Source of the DNA: Macrostomum hystrix
Lineage: Eukaryota; Animalia; Platyhelminthes
Assembly: GCA_950097015.1 (NCBI GenBank)
Contig: CATNEN010000001.1
Span: 13,144,001 to 13,208,000 of the forward strand
Direction: 5' to 3'
Length of the DNA: 64,000 bases
In this document: in pieces, positions 56,725 to 64,000 of the stretch
Layout: each line of letters opens with the position of its first letter
How positions within the stretch are numbered: the stretch's first letter is position 1
Translations under genes and position numbers: made by a program
Notes under the pieces: generated by a model
Databases searched by the model: none
What the model was told of the DNA's origin: nothing
The model's input: only the letters and a program-made list of their open reading frames with translations

Positions 56725-57841
56725 TCACAAAATATTTTGGAGCACGCAATGCTCCCACAAACTGTGCACCTCTCGTTGTAATGCCTCATCATTGACCTCG
56801 CAATTGGTATTTGGGTATGACACGCGCTGCTCAAAATCTTGCTTAATCCAGTTGAAGAGAAGCCTGTCACACAGGTGCAGCCAGGTGCAGCAATGTGATG
56901 TGTCTTTGCCCCTAAATAGGCCCAAATATAGAAGTGGAAGAAGTTTTCTTTACCGTTCGGGCTTCGGTACAAGGGCTGACATTGCTGCCTGGAATGACTC
57001 TAGCAGATAAAACTCAATCTTGAATCCAGATCCTTTCAAATATCGTGTCCATTTTCGGTGAGCTGTGTGATGTACCTTTGTTGCAGTAGAGATACGATTT
57101 TTAAGAATTATGAAACACACTAAGTGATTTCAATGATCAACCACCATTGGTGAACCTGATTAATCTAACGACCATTGCCGGTAAACTTTTAGTAAAAATA
57201 GCAAGCGACGCGTATTAAGTTTTGATTCGCTTACGATCGCTTGTGTTCTGGGTTTCTGGGTGCAGTTCATGCTGGATCAGTGCTTGGATCAGCACCAGGG
57301 ACCATGAAATTTTATAAAGAATCTAGTCTATGTCAGCTGTCCATGGGTAAATTATCTGTGAACTTTATTCATGGAGCAAGCAGACAGCCGATCTTTGTCA
57401 GGGCTCTGTCTTAAGCGGATCCAGACAATCGGCTCATTGCCTGGAGAGAGACCACCGCTGATGCCGAGTCCTAATTGGAGATCTGCAAGCAAGCTGGTCT
57501 GAAAGGCGTCTCTTGTCATAGCGATGTCCTGCTTCAGTCTTTTAGTTCTGATTCGAATCCCTTGGCAACAGCTCAAAGTCCTTCCAGATCTCGGAGGCCG
57601 GCTTGAAGGATGCCATAACTGCTCCGGCTGCGGGTTCGAGAACCCCTGCACTCCAGTTGCCGACTGAATTGTTTAGCCTCTCCAGTGCGCGTCTCAGGAT
57701 CGCAGCTTCAGCATCGGACGAGTTCAAACCGCTCACAATGGTTTCTTCAGCCCTAGCTGACTGAAAATCCCTGCTGAATGTAGTCGCCCAGTACAGGTGA
57801 GCCTCACACTGTATGACAAAGAATAGCCAGCAACAGGGCAA
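56725..57841 (-). pseudogene. Possible decayed coding sequence of unknown family
   Basis: Protein-like reading frames interrupted by stops and frameshifts (e.g. IEFYLLESFQAAMSALVPKPER*RKLLPLLYLGLFRGKDTSHCCTWLHLCDRLLFNW). No family recognised. Confidence 0.3.
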
Positions 57842-58379
57842 AAGGAATGTACTTTAAGAAACATGAGACTGGTCTGGCTTACTTTGTGTAAATTGGGTAC
57901 TCATGATGATGAGCAAGAAGCAGTGCTGATTTTGGACCCATAAGACGTCTGATCGACTGCCTAAGGCTGCAAGAGTTGCATGGTCTAACTAAGAAAACTG
58001 TGCTGCATTTCTTCGTCAGAGATGGGCCAAGTCAGGACCAAATTTTGAGATGTCTCAATGAGATGTCTTGGACCTGAAATACAAGCTAGAAGTAGGTAAA
58101 AATCTTTGAAATCAAAGAAAGGATACGTTTAAACCTATTTTTAATTGCATGCTTCGAAAAATGTTCTCACACACTCCCTGTTTTCAGAGAGTGTTTTGTT
58201 TCGTCCAGTCCATAGCAACAGGTCGTCGGTAACAGATTCGACTAGAACTGAGTGGGTGGAAACAATGATAAAGGCGAGAGCGCATCAGAGCTGCTTGGAT
58301 TGCAAAGTGTCAGTTGAGAGGCGGAACTCTGCCAAAGCCTTATAAATTTCAGCTGAGCAGCAACCACTGTCAGCGCATG

Positions 58380-58860
58380 AAACCCTAGCAACTCGACTGA
58401 AACCCTAGCAACTCGACTCGAACCCTAGCAACTCGACTCAAACCCCAGCAACTCGACTCAAACCCTAGCATCTCGACTCAAACCCTAGCAACTCGACTCA
58501 AACCCTAGCATCTCGACTCAAACCCTAGCAACTCGACTCGAACCCTAGCAACTCGACTCGAACCCTAGCAACTCGACTGAAACCCTAGCAACTCGACTCG
58601 AACCCTAGCAACTCGACTGAAACCCTAGCAACTCGACTCAAACCCTAGCAACTCGACTCAAACCCTAGCAACTCGACTCAAACCCTAGCAACTCGACGCG
58701 AACCCTAGCAACTCGACTCAAACCCTAGCAACTCGACTCAAACCCTAGCAACTCGACTCAAACCCTAGCAACTCGACTCAAACCCTAGCAACTCGACGCG
58801 AACCCTAGCAACTCGACTCAAACCCTAGCAACTCGACTCAAACCCCAGCAACTGGAATCA
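58380..58860. repeat. 20-bp minisatellite (AAACCCTAGCAACTCGACTC)
   Basis: 24 units in exact 20-bp register. Confidence 0.97.
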
Positions 58861-59395
58861 AATGCTCCGGCTAGCGAACAGTCGAGCCAAGACTCGAAGA
58901 GCAGATCCGAAAGAAGCGAAGGCAACTACGACTTCAATTTCATGGCCGTTTAACCAGCTCATAACTCTACTATGTCCTATCAAACATTGACTGCTTGCGA
59001 ATCTGGGAGTAGCGAATAGTTAAAAATGGAAGTCAAACAGCAGCTACTTTCAGTGCTGTTTGCTGCTGCCTGTGGGAATTCTCCTTTGACGGTTCTGCCT
59101 TGCGAGGGCCTCTGGGCCCGCTCTGCTCAAACAGAAGGCAATCACGCCTCTGCAATGCATTGTTTCAGTGGCAGAAAATGTGGGACTGTTCCAGATTTGC
59201 TTAGAAGGCTTGCAAATAAAGTTCCATTAACTTTCAGCAGTTCCTATTTCGCAGATGAAATTCAACTCCATTTGATGCTGGGACCCCGACAACTCAAGGC
59301 TATTTAATGCGTATAGCAGAGACCGCTTACCTGTCTTCATGCAGTCGCACTCTGACTCCACCAGAGTCCGATTTGAGCTGATTGCAAAATTCACA

Positions 59396-62300
59396 ATGGG
59401 ATTGACGGTGTTGGCTGCTCTGCTGCTTGTTTGCACCACCGGTGAGTACTGCTGCTGCTGCTTTCGTCTGGGGGAAATCTTTAGCCAGTACTGCCACTGC
59501 ACAATGAGGCTACTTCAGTGTGGATCGCTGACCAGCTCAGAACAGGTAGTGAAGTGGCTGCTGCTGAAGCTCGTAGGTGCTTCACCAACCGGTTCTCTCG
59601 ATGGCTTCCATCGATTAACGATAAAAATACAAATTGCAGGAGGGCTGCGGGCAATGGCACATCATTTGGTGACAGTAGACCCAGAGCCAGCGAGGAGGCA
59701 ATTCTGCCCGTTTCGCTGACTCTTGAGTACACAAGCACACAGTTACCGTACGCAGGCACACACTCCCATAGGATGTGTACATCTGCCAAATTTCTTTCAT
59801 CGTCAGGCAGTGAACACAATCACTGTGTCTTGGAGCTTGGAATGTGGCGAATGGAGCCCAGGACCTTGGTACGAAGGGCATGCGTGTTAGACAGCATGCC
59901 TCTCAGCCCCGGCTTCCATCTCAAGAGAGTTATTTTTAAGGGCTCGGAATTTTTTGCTGCTGACAAATCTGCTATCCACGAGTTCCTATAAATTTTGGCA
60001 ATGTCTCTCGCAGAAGCGCAGCTTATCGAGTTTCATACGTGCTCTTTCACCCTCGCAATGTGATGCAGTGACGCAAGCTGCTACCGGAAGGCGATTCGAA
60101 CTTGAGACCAGTGGCTTCATCGCTCTGAATGACTCGGTGAGCAGCAGTCTGGTCAACCAGTCCGGGTCCCACTCGGCTGCCGAGTGCCTGTACTGGTGCG
60201 ATGACAGAGGCTGCGCTGCCGCAGTGCTGAATGAGACCAGCCGCGTCTGCCAGATGCTCGTCATCAACGATGAGTCATCGGGTGAGCCTGGGCCGAACGG
60301 CAGTCACGTGACGAGGCAGCTGGGCTCGCCAACCGACGGAGCCGTGAGGCTGTGGAAGGCGGACGACTTCGAGCAGCAGCTTCGGTCCAAGAGCTTTCGA
60401 CTCGCCGTCACAAGTGAGAAATAAACCAATGAATTTTGAATTTGGGATTCGGGTTGGAATCATTCCTTTACGAATTTGAAATAATCCTATCCAATTCTAT
60501 TCCTGTGACTCATCATTTGCGAAAGACCTCGTTTCTAGAACTGACCAGAACACCCAGTAGATGCCCGCATACAGTGCCTCTATCAGCCGTTTAGTATAGA
60601 AAATATAAAATTAATAAATGAAATATATTAAAAAAATCTGGTATAGAAAAATCTCAGCGGGTGGCTGTGGCTCCATTGAAGACCAGAAGCAATTCGAAGC
60701 TGATACTGGGATTGGGATTGTGGAATGGAGTTTTGGTTGTAGGAAAATGACGTGTGTTTGACAAGGCGCGTTTATTGTGCGTATTTATTGATTAGCAAGT
60801 TCAAAGGTTCTAAACGAAACTGAAAGTAGGCTCGAGGTCTTAAGACATCGCCGTTGGCGCGCAACCATGATGTGAGTGGGTCTGCTATATACTCGGGTGC
60901 GGTGTCCGACACGACTGTCTCCGGCGTTTTTGGCAAACGCCAAATCGTGTGAATACGGTTCTGAGGCAATGTATGACGGAATCGATTGCCCGGTCGCGGC
61001 ATGGGAAGGCCTCTATCCAACGTGAGAAAGAGTCCAGGAAGACAAAATGTTATCAGTGTTATTTACGTAGGCCCAATCCATGTGAATGCGCGCTGGAATG
61101 GGGTAGCCTGACGGTGACCAAAGATCACTGTCTTGACCATTATGTGGGTGTAGCTGATTGCAGCCGGGGCAACGCTGCACGAGTTTGGTGACGTCTGGAA
61201 CAGAGAAAAACCATGCTATTTTTCCCCTGGGAAAAGTCCAGGGGTGCATTTCAAATACCCGCTGCCGTTTTCACAAAAGCTCCCAAACCGAATGACAGTC
61301 TAGCATCTGAATAAAAATTCACACCCTTTACGATGAACTAACTAACTGAACAAGATATTTAGCAAGTCTTGTCGAAGACCCTGGTGACAAGGACAACTAA
61401 CATTGTTCTGTGTGAACCTCTATAGCGAATCCCTACTAGCTAAAAACATCAACACAATACAATATAGTGAGCATTAATAACCGGCATGGTTTCATGATGA
61501 AATTTTGTGAGCAGAAAAATGCTGCCTATATTGTTGGTTTTTGCTACCAGAATCTTCGACGAGAATTCTGGAATTTGTGAGTCTAGAAGTTGTTTCATCA
61601 GCTAGAGTGCCGTGTTCTGGATTACCAAGGCGATTGGTTAAATATTTTAGGAGATGCAGAAGGAAGAAAAATCTGGGTATTTGAAATACCCCATGTCTTT
61701 CGAATGTTAAAGGAAACGGGAAGATTAATTAATTAACGCCCTTGACCCAACTGTAACAGCTTGAGCTTGTTGAGAGAACGTTGGCACTTGAAAAGTTTGC
61801 AGTTGAAACCATAGCAAACGAACTTGTAGGGAAAAGTACAACAGAGAGGGATCGACCGATAACAATAATACGAGTATAAAATGAGACCAGCGCTAAAACT
61901 GGGTTTCAAAGCACAGCAGAAAAGGAGAGTGGGATTCCTTTGGTGGCAGTCCCGAATCCCAAGGATTAAAAAGAACAAGCGAATTTAGTAAAGTGATCAG
62001 CGAGCAATATTGCAAAACAACGCTGACACAAGCGTGAATAAATGAGGTAAATTAGTAGCTAGATAAAATAAAAGAAACATAACTAATAAGTTCAGTTGGC
62101 GCAGAAAAAGAAGATTGCGAGTTGAGCACAAGAACGGTCGAAAAAGGGGGGCTAAAGATAAAAACCAATGAGAAGAAAGAAGACACGCGGAAATGGACGG
62201 ACCAGGAGAGATAAAGAAAGCAGAAACAGAACAGAAGGACGAAATAAAATTTTCATCTTACTTCAACTTAACTTAAATTGCTCTTTTTTAAAGCAATTTT

Positions 62301-63955
62301 CAAAGTACATTGCGGATTAGCTTCTCACACCTGGCTCGTTACATGTGAGCAGCCAATCTCTCACACTGCCGCATCACTATTCGACTCACCAAACAGACAG
62401 CAGCTCCGGCCGGAACGGATCGGTTCAGCTCTTCTCCGTGCCGTTCGCTGCCTGCTTCCGTATCGAGGCCTTCGCAGCTGCTGGGGGCAGAGCGTCTGGC
62501 ATCGACCCCGGACTAGGCGGCAGGGGCGCCTCAGCCGCTGGGAGCTTCTGGCTCACCGCTGGCACCCGACTGGACATTGTGGTCGGACAGGCCGGTGGCA
62601 ACTCGGCGTGTGGTTATGGCGCAGGTGGTGGCGGCGGCAGCTTCGTGTACGTCAGCAACGGCACTGGCAGTCCTCGGCTGCTCCTGGCTGCTGGAGGAGG
62701 AGGCGGGGCGTCAGGAAATCGTGGTAAGTGCACTGAGGTTCAGAAAAAAGTTCGAAAATATTTGTTTCCCTCTTAGCGGTCACTGAGAGCTTGAAGCTTA
62801 TAGTTGTTAGTGATTGGAATGGTTTAGGCTGTTGAGTCAGGGCTCATAATGCAGCCTTTGTAGGCCCAGAGCTCAAGCATTCACTGAATGAGCCTCAGCG
62901 ACTGGTGCAGTCCCTCCAGGTTCAGCCAGGGTCACAGATAACAGAGCAGGATCAGCTATTGCAGCGTCTGTGGCCAGGAGTTGCTGGGCAGGAAGGACCA
63001 TAGATGTCGAGGGCTCTGATTGGCAGGCGTCACATTCAATGGACTTGAACTTTCAAAGCTGCAGTGCAGCAGATTTAGACAGAAGCAACACGGAGAGCAA
63101 ATCCTGGCTGACAAGCGGTTAATCTGTAAATTTAATTCTCTTCATTAGCCATCCAAAACAGTTTGACGAAAAATTGGTTGAGTCTGTGCCATCTCAGGCT
63201 CATGATGCAGGAACTGCGCGTGCTCGAGGAACTCGGAGATCCGCTGATAGGTGTGAAATTCATGAGATAAAGAATTGAGCAGCTCATATTCGTACGAGCG
63301 AAGAATATTTTAGAACTACTGAAAGTGATAATTGGCTTGTCCGCCAGATTTAGACTTTCAGCCATAAATTAGAAAACTGGCAGCTCACCGAGCGGTGTGC
63401 CAGCTGAGCTGATTGACAGAAACCATGGAAACCCATGGCGTGTCCGCTGAAATCCCAGATGGCGTGAGTGGCGACAGCGGCATCAACGGCTCGGACAGCT
63501 GGCCGAAGAGCTTGACTGGCGCTGGAGGAGCTGCCGGTCAGCCGGGTCTGGTGGCGCCCAATCGCAACTATGAATACCCCCTGTACTCGTGCGGCGGTGC
63601 CGGCGCCGGCTGGCTCGGCTCGGCCGAGCCCAGCAACGAGTCCTTCGCTGATCCCGGAGGTCCCGGTCTGAGCCGCATCGACGGCTGGCTCGGCGGAGCT
63701 CGCAACTCCTCCTGCCCCACTGGCGACGGCGGCTTCGGCGGAGGCGGCGCTGGCGGCGGCTGCTGCGCTGGTGGTCGCGTCGGTGCTGGCGGCGGAGGCG
63801 GCGGATTCAGCGGTGGAGGCGCCAGCACTGCCCCAGCACGGGCTGGAGGCGGCGGCGGCTCCTTCTGCAGCGGCTTCGTCTGCGCCACCGCCACCGGCGC
63901 CAACTCGGAGCCGCAGGGCCGCGTGCTGCTGAGCATGTCTGCGGCCTGCGGCTGA
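59396..63955 (+). CDS. Secreted PAN/Apple-like + ALK/LTK-type glycine-rich domain protein, 4 exons, intact
   Basis: Exons 59396-59441 (MGLTVLAALLLVCTT), 60069-60413 (ECLYWCDDRGCAAAVLNETSRVCQML), 62397-62723 (NGSVQLFSVPFAACFRIEAFAAAGG..LDIVVGQAG..GGGGGSFVY..LLLAAGGGGG) and 63459-63955 (GGAGAGW..GWLGG..GDGGFGGGG..GGGGGFSGGG..GGGGGSFC..QGRVLLSM..*). Phase-1 GT-AG introns. No TM segment or kinase. Confidence 0.9.
59625..59892 (-). mobile_element. SINE family A copy in intron 1 of the glycine-rich gene
   Basis: Reverse complement of the family-A body and tail. Confidence 0.85.
60840..61195 (-). mobile_element. Ty3/Gypsy integrase remnant
   Basis: VTKLVQRCPGCNQ (Zn finger end), ARIHMDWA, PETVVSDTAPEY..LTSWLRANG (rve core), with frameshifts. 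Confidence 0.8.
61241..61692. mobile_element. Non-autonomous TIR element family C, copy with both inverted ends
   Basis: GGGGTGCATTTCAAATACCC ... GGGTATTTGAAATACCCC. A TTAA at 61707-61710 hints at a piggyBac-type outer end. Confidence 0.78.
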
Positions 63956-64000
63956 CGCTCAGAGCGAGGCTGCCAATCTCTGCCTCATGCGGTGACAGGT

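Noticed and set aside
59686-59720. HDV-like ribozyme in SINE A (minus strand GCCTCCTCGCTGGC equals HDV P3/L3, with GCGAAA nearby)
   Set aside because: I could not find P1, P1.1 and P2 partners in the required order, and other copies vary in this motif. A descriptor search on the family consensus would settle it.

Overview
Eukaryotic (animal) genomic DNA. It has GC-rich exons, GT-AG introns, and a different private minisatellite in or beside most introns. This texture is most consistent with a free-living flatworm such as Macrostomum (inference, not proven). Genes reconstructed by hand across introns: a divergent netrin (+), three members of a secreted PAN/Apple-like + ALK/LTK-type glycine-rich-domain family (one pseudogene, two intact), a RING/B-box/coiled-coil/beta-propeller TRIM-like gene (-), UBE2G1 (+), an intronless Na+/H+ exchanger (+), OSTF1 (-), CEP78 (+) and SFXN5 (+). 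Mobile DNA: an intact maT-like (DD38D) Tc1/mariner element, two tRNA-derived SINE families, non-autonomous TIR elements, and Gypsy, piggyBac and mariner remnants. Three observations stand out. (1) Two introns of the ciliary gene CEP78 are filled with tandem arrays whose units each contain an RFX X-box-like 14-mer. (2) There is a kinase-less, secreted ALK-GRD gene family showing birth-and-death evolution. (3) SFXN5 has no visible start codon and sits just downstream of CEP78, as expected if a flatworm spliced leader supplies the AUG. No searches were run; all calls come from motif recognition and manual splicing.
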